Position numbers and translations under genes: made by a program. Under the pieces are notes generated by a model, which worked only from the letters and a program-made list of their open reading frames with translations, did not search any database and was not told where the DNA came from. From contig JAYWIR010000001.1 of NCBI GenBank assembly GCA_036172245.1, forward strand, positions 8,556,001-8,620,000: a stretch of 64,000 nt of DNA. The letters are read 5' to 3'. How positions within the stretch are numbered: position 1 is the first letter of the stretch; every line of letters starts with the position of its first letter. This document shows, one piece after another, positions 1 through 11,927 of this stretch. Source of the DNA: Raillietiella orientalis. Its lineage: Eukaryota.

Positions 1-807
1 AAAAGAGGGAAATCGCACCAACAGCAGACCGTTTGGGGCGAAGAATTCATTCCAGAGGCAAAGATGGTAATGCTAATGTATAAAATGCATCTCCAGATTT
101 GCACGAGGCTCGCGGAACTTGAGACCCCCAGCACGATACGCTTTCTTTCTTTTTTCTTTTTTGAATGTTTGTGCGTTGACGTTATCACCGTCATTAGGCG
201 AGAGCTTTAAGGGTTTCTAGCTGATGGTGGCGAAAACTCGTAGAGGAAGGAACAAAGGGCAAACCACGGATCCAGTAATTTGCATCACACCTAAAAGTGC
301 ACTGTAATGCAGTTCCCTATTTGTTTTCACCACCTTTTTCCCCCCCTTCCGTGAAAGCTTCGGAGGACGTTTCGAGTACAGGTGGTTGCTAAAGAATCTC
401 GACGCCCACACCAATCGAGACCAAGGCTTTTCGCGCGCGCACCCACTTGAGAGCACTTACTCGAGGTCTCTGATCAGCTGCTTGGTCTGGTTCGGGGTGC
501 TGTTGCTTCCATTCTTGAAAGTCACCGACTCTTCGGAGGAAGTGTACATATATCGGACGTCACGTTCTCCGCATTCCGATTCAGACGAAGAATAGATCAT
601 TCCTTCTTCATCCATTTTGTACCGCACTCCACGGACCGGCTTGTAGCGATTCTTCTTGTCGTGCTGGTGAATCTGCGCGGAAAGGGTGGATCAGTGAATG
701 ACAGCAGCAGGCAGATTTACAGCTTCGAACAAGCAAACAGACAGACAAACGTGGTTGGAAAAATTCAGTTGCCACGCGAGCAAGAAACCGACACGAAGAG
801 CACAAAT

Positions 808-2062
808 TTAGGCATTGCAACTCACAATGAAATGTAATTTTTCCCTGAGAGGGATGGGAGTGTAGGACTGTAGCCGCAACTGACGAAACCATTCCTCTAC
901 TCGTGGACTTAGCAAAGATCCTACGTGTTCATAAGAAAGATACTCAAACAGTACAAACAGCCGTTGCTCTGAGCGATCTCCTTTCAAAGTAGGCAACCAA
1001 AGATTGCGCATCATGAGAAGAAGGTGAGCTGGGAGGTTGCACTCCACCAACAGTTCCACCAAGAGGAACAGCAGCAGCTCTCTTTTGTAGTGAGTTAGGC
1101 CAAAGTGACCTAAGCTTTCCAAGATGCGTGCTATCCAAGCATATACCTTATAGCTGCACTTCCTGGAAAATGCCACTGATGATGGTGCGGACCAATGAAA
1201 AATGTCATGCTCACATGGACAAGAGTGAGTAACGAGTTTGCCATCCAGGAGCATGGCAGACGGCCCCCGAGAGGCGATCTTTCATGCGAAAGCCATAGAA
1301 ATCCAGCATCATTCTGTACGCCCGTAAAAAATTCTCTTGACACGTGGTTTCTGTCCTCAACACCTACATAACAGAAGAGCTTCTTCATACGATTCAACAC
1401 CATGGAATTCTCACGATTATTTCTTTTGAGTTCAACAATTTGGCGCAAGGATTTCCTCCTAAACTGCGTGAACTCGGAAATAGCCAAGTGATATAGGTGT
1501 TATTGTGCTCAAGAATATCGTATTGACCCCACCACTCAGTTAAGATGAGCTCAATACATAAGATATCTGGTAACGCAGGAAATACGTTCTGATAAAATAG
1601 TGCATTGGCAAAGTTTTTTTTCATTTCCTAAAATGATCACATTGTTGTACAATTGAAAATTCACTTTCATATGTGTACTTACATCCACAGTAGAGTTTTT
1701 CTGGAGACTCAGTTTGTGGCAGGGATGACCAATGGTGGCAAATCTTCTACCCAGAATTTGCTCTTCAGCGTTAGGGGAACTGCCGGCCAAGGATTGCCGG
1801 ACGCATAGTTGTCCCGAGAGGTGGTGCGCGCTGTTCGGAGGAGTAAGAGGACAGAGACCTTGAGGGGGCATTCTTTTAGTTTCGACATCTCCTTCGATAG
1901 CTCCAGTTTCGAAAAATCTTGTACTTTTGTTTTTTTACCCATTTCACGATTAATGCGGCGACGCTGCTTCCCACAGTTCAAAAGCTTCAAAAAATCTTCC
2001 TTCCAGTCTGATCCTTCTTTGGAGGAAACGCACCGATTACCTAACTTGCATTTTCTATTCAA
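808..2062 (-). CDS. Opioid growth factor receptor (OGFr)-domain protein, spliced; 5' and 3' ends uncertain
   Basis: Exons 1415-1627, 1215-1363 and ~823-1162 are joined by GT-AG introns 1364-1414 (51 nt) and 1163-1214 (52 nt), with an upstream intron at 1628-1682 (55 nt). They read in frame as NALFYQN...ILEHNNTYITWLFP...FLRAYRMMLDFYGFRMKD...IARILESLGHFGL, matching the OGFr-domain motifs (NHSYIQWLFP, RAYELMLGFYG, RITRILKSLGELG). Confidence 0.8.
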
Positions 2063-3029
2063 GTGATCCCTCAGATTATCACGGATTTGTTGTTTCTAGG
2101 GGAAACTCCACCTTTGGAAGAACTGAAAGCCACTTACCAGCAACACTGTGTTAGGGAACCGAGTTCCTGAATTCCTGGTAACACAGGGAAAAAAAACAAA
2201 TGAAAGCGCAAAGTCAGACCGAAATGAATGGACAAGAGTCAAACTGTTCGTTCAGCATAATTTTGCAATTCGATATTTTGCATTAACTCATGTCCCCCCC
2301 CGCCTCTTCTCAACTGCAAGGTCACAGATTACAAAATGCAGGTTACCTGGCACTTTCAATCATATCTTCAATTTTCAGTTCGGGTTGGGAAATGAAATTA
2401 TGCATCGATTCTTTACAAGTCATAGCTTATTCCTTTCTTGGTAATGGAAAGAACGGAGAAGTGACAAAATAATTTGTATGAATTTGCAAGAACAACGAAC
2501 CAAGGTGTACTGTAAACTATGAATTAAAAGATTCTGTGATAAGAATGGCGTACAACCATAGGAACGGATTTTAGAAATGTGATCCAAAATCTTTTTAAAA
2601 TATCCAGCTTTTTTCTTTTCCTTTTGGGGCAAAAGACAGAAAGCCTTAACAGCAGCGTTTGTTCCGGAATAGGCCATCGTCCACTGGGCCTCTGCAATGA
2701 CAGGTCGCTTACATTATGAAACAAAGAACCAAAAAAGTGACTCCGTGCATTCGCACTATCAAGGTTCAGTCCATTACCATGCTTTTGTGAACACTTTGTA
2801 ATTCCTCAAGCAACGAGCATAAGAATCTCGAACGCAACACGTTAGACATACACCTAAACTTGGGCATTTGGCAGTGATTAGGAAGATGCGCTGTTCACCA
2901 CTCATTTTCTGTGAATTCCGTGTCCGCTCTTTAACAAGGATTTGAGCAAAACAACCTCTTTTTGTAGATAAAAGGGCAGCATCTTTATTCCATGAAGACA
3001 TTCACTTCATTACGGGAAGAACATCCATC

Positions 3030-3062
3030 CATCCTCCTTGGATGGAAAATCCAAGGAGGATG
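3030..3062. repeat. Perfect 14-bp inverted repeat (catcctccttggat-ggaaa-atccaaggaggatg)
   Basis: Read directly; one arm recurs at 31626-31639. Confidence 0.9.
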
Positions 3063-3680
3063 AGGCGCTGAAACAAGAGCGCACATTGCTTCACGTGGAA
3101 ACCCGGGCGATACTGAATTCCCGTTGATTAAAGGTATCGATTTACATCCGTATATTGATTTAAAAGATTTTCATCAGGGTCCAGTGGACTTGCCTGTACG
3201 TAGGCTGCTGCCGCCTCCTCCGCTTTCGCGGAATGTACGCACATTTAACATGTACGGTTCGCTGTGCGAGTTGGGCATCCCAGGTTGTGACACCCCTGCT
3301 TCGATACGCCTGGAAACCGGTTTGCGTTTGGAGGCGCGCGCGTCGGTGGCGTCGCAGCGTCCTGAGCTTTGGAATGCATGTGCGCGTCCGTACATGGAAC
3401 GTGTACGCGTGCGTGTATGCGACACGTACACGTTCGCGAGGAGGAGCGAAAGGTTGTGTTTACCAGGCGTGATCCCACTTCAACCAACCGACGACCCGTT
3501 GCTTAGTTGGTGTCGCCGAAACGCTGCGCAAAATTGAACGCATTGAACTCGCACCGGTTTCATCGTGGGATGTGCACCGGGGGGGATGGGGGAGGGGGCA
3601 CAACTGCTCACGCTAAAGTGAAATCATGAAAAGAAAATCTGTCCAAACTGGTGTATTTCATACATGATACCAGGATAAAT

Positions 3681-5006
3681 TCAACTGTCTTCGATTTTTA
3701 TTTTTTTCAGCAATGGCGGGGACCCATTGCTGCACAACTGTTCTTTGTTTAAAAAAAAATTCACTCTTAACATCAGTTTGTTGGGAGATACTTTTCTGAC
3801 CACAAAAACTTCTTCAACTTGATCGGCTAGGGCACAGTTTAGTTTGTTTTCAATTATCTTTATAAGAGCAGAAGAATCATATTCAGATTCAGGGTGAAAT
3901 AGGTATAGATAAATATGTAACTTAAATGTTTCTGGGACATCCAGAAGTTTTAACAAACCAATGAAATTCTCAAGAAAGCTCATTGCTGAATCGGGCAAAT
4001 TCATTATTACATGATGCTTAACATTTGCAGTACTGGACACATTTGTTGAGAAATACTCACTTAGGTGCTTAAAAACAACTGTTCTGATAAAGTCACTGCC
4101 ATCTAATTGGTAGCAGGCAATACTTAAGGCTACTTTATTGAGGAAAACATTATGATTCAACCACTTAAAGGAACTTGGATTGGCATCATTTGCTAGAACA
4201 ATACAATTTTTTTTAGCAGCAGGCACTGAAAAAGGCCCTACTCCAGCAAAGACATCATAAATGACATCACCAGGATTTAACAGATTTAGAATTCTGGCTC
4301 GTTCACCAGACAGTCTAGGATTCCAGTATACCTCAGCAAAGTCAAACTCATATACACAATAGCTTTCTTTTGTTGTCACTTTTGTATCCAGTGTTCCTGC
4401 TAAAAGTTCCATATTAAAATTTCTGAATTTGCTTTCTATTGATTTAGTTTTATTTACAACACATTTACAAGTACTCAGTTTATCTAACAAAACTTGTCCA
4501 ATCAAATACTTGTAATCCAGGTGTTCTTCACGTAAATTTAAATGAATTACATGTCCAATTACTGAGAAACTTGAAACCATGGTCTTGTCAGGAAGAACTG
4601 CTTCCAATATTTCTGTAAGAGTCCAGTTGTTGTAGTTCAATTCAACTAGCTCCATTTTTAAATTATCAGGAGATAACCATTCACTAAATCTTTCAAACAA
4701 CACAGAAGTAGCCTTTTGATTAGCAGCAGCACTTGATGGATTCAAATATATCTTTTTATACTGCTGCAGACATGTTTGTGAAGCAGGGTCCGTCAACGCA
4801 TCTTGAATCGGATAAAAATGAGGAACTTTGAAAAGAATAGGTTTCACAATTTTTTGTATTTCTGGTAAATACATCTGTGTGGATGGATTAAATGGGATGA
4901 AGAGGCAAGGAGTTTGCACAAATTTGATAAATTTACTTTTATCAAGATGTGTCATTCCTTTCAAGGATGCTATGGAATTCATTTTTAACATAAATTTAGC
5001 AACCAT
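3681..5006 (-). CDS. TRM5: tRNA (guanine-37-N1)-methyltransferase TRM5, 441 aa, intronless CDS
   Basis: Motifs IGHVIHLNLR, FRNFNMELLAG, FDFAEVYWNPRLSGER, SAM-binding YDVFAGVGPF, LANDANP and HVIMNLP are typical of Trm5/Met-10+. An in-frame TGA lies two codons upstream of the ATG. Confidence 0.95.
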   Translation of the reverse strand: MVAKFMLKMNSIASLKGMTHLDKSKFIKFVQTPCLFIPFNPSTQMYLPEIQKIVKPILFKVPHFYPIQDALTDPASQTCLQQYKKIYLNPSSAAANQKATSVLFERFSEWLSPDNLKMELVELNYNNWTLTEILEAVLPDKTMVSSFSVIGHVIHLNLREEHLDYKYLIGQVLLDKLSTCKCVVNKTKSIESKFRNFNMELLAGTLDTKVTTKESYCVYEFDFAEVYWNPRLSGERARILNLLNPGDVIYDVFAGVGPFSVPAAKKNCIVLANDANPSSFKWLNHNVFLNKVALSIACYQLDGSDFIRTVVFKHLSEYFSTNVSSTANVKHHVIMNLPDSAMSFLENFIGLLKLLDVPETFKLHIYLYLFHPESEYDSSALIKIIENKLNCALADQVEEVFVVRKVSPNKLMLRVNFFLNKEQLCSNGSPPLLKKIKIEDS

Positions 5007-6349
5007 ATCTCACACATCAGATTAGCAATTTCTTTTCTGAAATGCATTACACTTAAAACACTCTATTATAAAGACTTTGTCAAATTGGAAGGTAAAGATC
5101 AAATGCACACCTTAACACCAACTAGAAGGCATACTGTAAACCATCCTCGTGCACTACTGTATCTGCAATACAACTTTTATATTGCCCTTTGTGGGTCACC
5201 AGCAGGCTGACAACCAAATTGAACCGTATTTGGGGCGAGTATGTTAGACTTTTCAAAACACTAAACGCAGGTGCTACTCTGCGTAAAAACCGCAGCGCAT
5301 GAACACGTTACTTCTGCCAGTGATTTAAAAAAAAATACTTTTCCTTCGATCTGGAAAACACTGCAATGTCATGAAGTTTTCAGTAGTGCCACAGATTTGC
5401 AAATTTCGTTCCACACCTTCATGAAACAGACAAAAACAGCGCCGAATACGCTCGGACCAACTGTTTTTTTTTTTTTTTTTTTTAACCTCTGCAGGCAAAT
5501 TTCAAAATTGCGATCCTACTTTATTAACGTGAACACGAAACTATGTGAAGGCCTATCCCACGGTGCCCAAGGGGCACGGCCCTCGTAGAAACTGCTTTGC
5601 TGTTCAAGGCCCACAACTGCTACCTCCGACCCACCATTGCCTACGTGAGAAACTGGAGCCGAACACAAACGCGCCCGACACACTGACAGTTCATTCTGTG
5701 AGAGTGCTCAGTCCAAATAATGTTTGCAAAGCCATAAAAGTGGACAATGGTTATTCGTCAGCCATATGGCTTCTCGAGTCACCTGGTTAAGCCAATTCCC
5801 CAACTTTAAACAACTAAGGTAGGAGACGGAATGAAGCTATTTAGTAGGAGCAGCGCAAAATGGCGTGCGTGGCTGGAGAGGTGACCTCTAATTTTCCGTG
5901 GAGGCAGCGGGCTTTGCTGCCATGCCGACTGTGGTTGAAATGGGAATCGCAAATGCGAACCAAATCGGGAACCCACTGAAAAATCAGGGTTGGGAGAAGA
6001 TTGACAGACGCGCAAGAACCGCACAACAGGCCTGCCGATGAGTTATGCAGTCCGCTATGCTGGAGGAGCACATACGATGTTGCTGCAGCAATCAACACTT
6101 CTTGAGATGAGGCACTCAAATGGAAACGTGACACAACGTAAGTACGAACCGTATTTGCCTGCCAACTGGTCAAGTTGAAGATACGTCACTTCCATTTCCC
6201 GTTCGCACGCTGAGCTCAGACTTGAAGTCCAGAATCCGATTCCTGCTTATTAATTTTCTCCAGCCCCTTTGATTGTTCATCTCACTTTCATTTAACCGGT
6301 TGGCTTCGAAAGCGGAACTGGTTGACAGCTGGTCACGTTGGGGCGTTTA

Positions 6350-7560
6350 TTTATAAAATAAACATACACGTCTGTGGAAGGACGTTCGGCCCTGCCACGT
6401 TACTGATGACTAAGAGAAGGAACCTGCCGGGATCTGGCACGCAGGCCAGCGGGGTTCGTCTCCGCAGCACACGGGAGACAAATAAAGAGAAAAACATAAA
6501 AAAAAAAACATACGGTCAAAAATGTGGGAGGAAGGGAGGGTTCGGGAAGGGATCACTGTGTGCTGGAGGGCGTCCTCTGCATCCTTGTAAGGATGCCGGC
6601 AAGTTCCTGTTTCGAGGCTTCCAGATGGGGCCATCTTGACGATGTCCTCATGAAGCAAAATAGATGGCCTTCATGTCGTTCTGGTCTCCCCTGGTGTTGT
6701 TCCATGCAGCCACGGTCCCGCCGCGTAGGCAGCGCAGTGCTGCTGAGGATGCGTCTGGCGTGAGGGCGTCGCTCAGGAAGAGGCACTTTCGAACGTCTCT
6801 GGCGTTGAGGGCTAGGGTTCCAAGGGTCGCAGCAAAGCGTCCCCAAAGGAGCCGGAGGGCCACACAGTCCCCTAGGAGGTGTGGGAAGGACTCCTGCTCC
6901 CCGCACCGTGCACAGTTTGGGTTCACACACACCCGTGTCCACAGATGCCAGCGGGCGTCGCACGGGAGGCCCCAATGCAGTATCATGAACCCCGACTCCT
7001 GCCATTGTAAAGGAAGGGTACGACACTGATGGAAGCCGTAAACCCTGGATGCTCCCGTTAGCTGGCCGGGAATGGAAGTTAACCCTCAGAGGTCCTTCCA
7101 GGAATCAAGAAGCCGCTTCCTTTTGGGGTTCCCTTCCTGTTGTGAAAATGGAGCCTTACCCATGGAGCTGGTTGATAACCCTCTCAAACGGTTGCCTCTC
7201 CAGAGGGCAAGAAGCGCGCTGCTGCCTACTTCGGGGAGCGTCCTCCAGAGAAATTTGGAAGCGTCCCTTCGGAGGTCTCTTCAGAGGAGGATATAAGGAG
7301 TGGTTCCCTTGCAGGCTCCCTCCAGAGAAGATATGTGGAGCGGTTCCCTCCGTGGTGTTCTCTGGAGGGCATAAGGGAGAGATGGTTCCCTTCGGAGACA
7401 GTAAGAACGAGGGTTCCCTCCCAGACGCGAGGGGGGACCTTGGATTCACCGGGTGGTCCCCTCCAGGGGTACTCCCCACCTCGAAGAGTTACCCGCAGCC
7501 TCGGGTAGCGCGGACAGCGTCAAAGCTTCGTGAGCCTCCCCCGGGGAAGTGGACGGTTCT
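6350..7560 (-). mobile_element. 5'-truncated, decayed Tx1/L1-like non-LTR retrotransposon (3' part of ORF2 plus 3' UTR)
   Basis: FMILHWGLP...CARCGEQESFPHLLGDC is a zf-RVT-type CCHC motif, followed by a T-rich tail and AATAAA on the minus strand. Nucleotide similarity to 58.5-58.9 kb and 60.65-60.85 kb. Confidence 0.7.
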
Positions 7561-8842
7561 TCAGCACTCAGCGAACCAAAAAAAGGAGACAAAAAAAAAA
7601 AAGTAGCGGAGCATTCCATACGGCTCCTTCAGCTGGCATCCGCTGCTGCGGACCGTACGGTACGGGGAGGAGTTCTCGCCACCGGTTCGCTCTTGCTCCA
7701 TCGCGCGCCTTGGCGCGCGTGTGTACGCATGTGCAGGTGTAAACGCAAAGCAGGCTACATCGCTCTCCGTACACACGAGTTCGAGGAGATGGTAAATAAA
7801 ATACATAATGATGTATCTGTAAACTAACAGAGGACCGCTCGCGCGTGACCCTCCTATTTCCACTGTGGGTCCTCGTGCCACGAAACTGCCTGCGCTCTGT
7901 GATGGGGTTTCCGCTTTCTGCGGCGCCGAAGACCGTGAGAAACAGTTGGAAGGGGAGCTGTGCGATTGGGAATGTCCGGAGGCGTCTCCCGCGGATTCGC
8001 TCGGCGCTTCCTGCCGCGGATCGCCGCCGGGAAGCGGGGCCGCCGCGGTTCCCTGGCGCGTCCGTCTTGCGCGCGCTCGGGCGCGTGCGTCAGAAACGCG
8101 GGACCTCCCGGCGCCGCGGAGTAGAGGCCCTTGCCCTTCCCGGGAGAATCCTCCTGCGGCCCGATACCTCACCTCTGACGAGAGAGACCGGAAGTACTCT
8201 CCCGGTCGGACCCGCACAGGCGCTGCGTCGCGTCCGAGAGACGCGGCAGCAGATGAGCACTTCAGGGGACAGTGGAGCGCTTTTTGTGGACCCCTCCGCT
8301 CATCCTGGACTATCGCGGAGCGGCGCTGCTGCTTCACAACCCGGACCGCCCAGGTTAAGCGGGAGGAGGAGGAGGAGAAAGAAACAGCAGCTGGATGGGA
8401 CCCTTTCTTGAGAGACTCCTCTTTCCTGCCGTCGGAAGATCGTCTGTTTTTTTATCCGGAGAGGCGGGTTCGGGAGCGTACGGGGAACTTTGGCACTTGG
8501 GTTTCCAGCTTCCTCCTCCTTTCCCCTTTCGTACCCTCCTCCCTCCCCTTCCTGATGCCCGTCTGGCAACGAAGATAGCTGCCGCAGTTTCCTCGACGAG
8601 GGTCCAAGGGCATCGCCACCAAGTTTGGCTCCCTCGAGGAACTTCCCTCGGCGCCCTCCGGACTGGCGATGCGCCTACGAATCACCGCCACCACCAACGA
8701 ATGCCGTCGCTGCGGTTCTCATGGTGGTGGTGATGGGGGAGAGGGGGGAGAGACGCTTCGATCGCGGGAAGTTGAAGAGGCGGAATCGATCCGCGGTTTA
8801 TTCCGACGCTGTGAGCGGAGGGGAGGAGGAGCGGAAGGGAAG

Positions 8843-9651
8843 TCACAGGAGGTGCTGGAGGACCCTCCTGACGGATTCCTTGTAGCACATGTCCTTCCGA
8901 AGGAAGCTGGCCACGCTCTTTTCGCAAGTTTTCTTGGTCACTTCCGACAGCGGGATGTCCACGGTCAGCTCGGCACTGGTGGAGTCCGCGTAGACGTCCG
9001 ACATAGCGGGGAAGATGGTCTGGTAACCCACCAGGTCGTTGTGCAGCACCTCCATGGGGTCGGCGAGGGCGTCGAACTGCCTGTTCAGGTTCCGGATGGC
9101 TCTGGAGGGAGAGGGGAGCGGTCAGCTGCCGGGGCTCCGTCCAGCTCTCCTCCCGGAAGGGCGAGGCGGCGCGCAGAGCGACTCCGAACGTCCAAGCAGA
9201 CAGTCGCCGTGCTTTCGGGACATGCGGGGCGAGGCGGCGAGTCCTCCCTCGGCTAGAGAACCACGCTCTTCGCACCCACCTGCGCAGGGACTTCAGCTGG
9301 TCCACCTCGTTCCTGGCGTCCTCCTCCTCTGCTTTCCCTGCGAAGTGCTTCCTCAGCTCCGCCGGGTCGAGGACCGACTCCTCCAGCTTGTTGCTCTGCT
9401 TCAGGTGGTTCAGGTACGACAGGGTCATCTTGAGCGCGCATCCCAGCTTGACGCACGGGTCTCTCCAGGCCCTGTCCATCTCCGTCGCCTGGAGAGGACC
9501 CCGCAAGTGGAGAGGGTGCGAGAAAAGTCCCCCTCACCGTGCCGTAGATGAGCCGGAACTCCGTCTCGAAGCACAGCCGGGCATACTTGGCCTCGATGAT
9601 GCCCGAGTGCGCATCTGCGAGGGCGTTGGCCAGCCTCTCGTTACTCGATTC
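8843..9651 (-). CDS. Last three exons of a helical/coiled-coil protein of unknown function
   Basis: Exons 9538-9651, 9280-9488 and 8843-9101, with GT-AG introns of 49 and 178 nt, splice in frame (ESSNERLANALADAHSG...ATEMDRAWRDP...RRAIRNLNRQFDALADPMEVLHNDL...VLQHLL*). Strong GC3 bias. Confidence 0.7.
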
Positions 9652-11789
9652 CTGGCACAGGGGGCACAAACAAAGTGGGGAAAGGGACGAGAGGAAGAGG
9701 AAGAGGAAGACAGGAGGAGGAGGCAACCGCAGACAGGTCGCGCGGACGAGACACCGAGCATTCCCGTGCGAGAAGCTGGCGGAGATACATCCTCGGGAAC
9801 CAGCCGTATCCTGGGAAATGCCGTCCCCGTGCTGCCGAGGACTTCGTGTGAAACGTCGCGCTTAGGCCGAACCGACGGTCCTCGAGGAGGCGCGGAGAAA
9901 CACATCGCCGCCTCGGAGTTTTCGGAGAAAGACAGCCGAGGGGAAGATCTTCCCTGCACGGCGAATGGCTTCCGGAGCTTCTTCCATCGCAAAATGGTCC
10001 CTTGACACCTTCCCCTTCCCTCCTCGTGCCCGTCAGATGCTGATCGCAAGGGTTTGGACGAAGAGCGTTGGAGAGGGAGAAGTCAGCAGACGATAGGGGA
10101 GAAAAAGTCAAAGGAATGGTCGGACGCCCGCTCAAATCTCTCGGGAGGCAAGTCGTCCCGGAGCTCTCCCGCCGTGACCCTGCACCGTTCCTCCGTGGCG
10201 CGGAGACCTGGCGGAATCCGGACGAAGCTCCCGGCTTGCCTTCTTCACCCCCTCCTCCCTGTCCGCAGAGACTTCTGGAGGCGGAAAGCGGGATGTTGAG
10301 GGGAGGGAAAGCTGTGCCGCCGCACGAGAGGCCCCTGCTTAAGAAGGACATGTCCTCCAGGGAGCCAATGCCCCCCTGGCGGATCCCCCACGGGTCAGCT
10401 TGTGCGAAGGCGACGATGGCCCTGGCAAGGACGCGCGCGCGGATAAAGTCCCGCCCCTGCACCGGGTGTGCACGGTGCCTCCTCCACTCGGACACCGGGG
10501 CGCCACCAAAAGCGAAGGTCAGATCAGTGGGGGAAGTGGGAGCGGGAACTCGCCTCCCCCTTCCGCCCGAGCCGGTGACAGTCTGACGACTTTCCCGTTG
10601 CCGTGGCAACGGGCCTGGAGTCCCAATGTAAGGGAACCTCCGCCTTCGGCAGGGAGGAAGCGGTTCCGCGGTCTCTGCCCGCCAAGACGGCGCTCTGCAG
10701 CCGCGCGGGTGGTGCCCGCGTCTTGGTAGGTCATTCGCTCGAGTCTGCAGGCGCACCTCTCGTCCGCATTAGCTTGACGAGAAGTGGCGGGCAGGGTCAT
10801 CTGGGCGACCGTTCCACGGCACCCTACAGCCAAAAGAACGAACGTTTTTGGATGTGCACCACCACCTGAGACCATCCCAAGGTCGTCGCCCGTGTCCCGG
10901 ACGAATGTGGGAGCAGAAGAACCCGGGAGTCGCCTGACGGCACCTCCAGGCTTCTCTTCCTCCTCTTTCCCCTCTCCCTGTTCCTCAAGAACGGAGCCCT
11001 CCCCCGTCTCTACCAAGTGGAAGTGCAGAGGGAATCTCGCAGCAGGAAGCGCCGCCGATCGCGCACTGCTGTCTCCAGGAAGGCTGTCTTCCTGCTCCTT
11101 GCAGCAAAGCTTCACTAGCCGCCCTAGACGGCAGCGCCTCGTCTTCAGGGTTCCGCAGCACTACACGTCTTCAAGGGTGGAGGCAGCGGCTGCGTCGTGG
11201 CTTCCCGCACTCCAGAGAGGAGGGGCGCGTCCTGTTCAGGTTGTGAACCCTCCGCAGCCACCCTGCCCGCGATCTACGGCGACGGCAGCAACCGGACCCC
11301 GGGATGGGGCGGAGCAGAGGCTCTCCAGGCAAGGAGGAAAGTCGTCGGGGAACGCCAGGGGATTCTCCGTCTCAGCGCAGGAAACTCGGGTCGCCTGCCC
11401 GCTTGCCGGGGCCGAGGATGCGTGCAGCCAGCCTTCCCCATTTTCCTCTTCTCCCTTCCGCTCCCGTTCTCGCGAGAAATCCTTCTCGGAAGGGCGGCCG
11501 GGAAGCTCAGGCTCGTGTAAGGAGGGGGCCGCAGGGAGCGGCTCGGGCGATTTAACAATGCGAAGAGCGCCCCCGAATCCGGAAGGGTGGGTTCCACCAC
11601 TCAGGGTGCTGGTCTTCGGGAAAGACGCGCTTCGCCCGCCAGCAGTCGGATGCAGAGACGTTCCGATACCACCCGGCGAGCACTTCCCCTCCACCCCCTT
11701 CCCTCGGAGAACCCTTCCCTTCCCCTTTGCTAAAAGCAGACCACCTCCCGCTCCTCGGAAACGGGAGTCGCGCCAAGAGGGATGCTTAC

Positions 11790-11927
11790 GGAGGTGCAGA
11801 ACTGCTCCAGGAGCCTCTGCTTGTTGAAGATGACGTTCTCCAGGCCTTCCACCTGCTCCCGCAGCACCGACAGCTGGGCGTTCGTCGCCTCCACTTCGGT
11901 GGTGATGACTTCCAGCTGGTCCATCAA
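11790..11927 (-). CDS. Internal coiled-coil exon (LMDQLEVITTEVEATNAQLSVLREQVEGLENVIFNKQRLLEQFCTS)
   Basis: Bounded by a tttacag acceptor and a gtaagc donor; GC3-rich codons with a heptad pattern. The rest of the gene is unresolved (possibly exons at 12.4-13.1 kb, possibly the same gene as 8.8-9.7 kb). Confidence 0.55.

Noticed and set aside
3170..3580. Telomerase RNA, RNase P/MRP, SRP or 7SK identity for the structured segment
   Set aside because: No template repeat or conserved signature boxes found on either strand.
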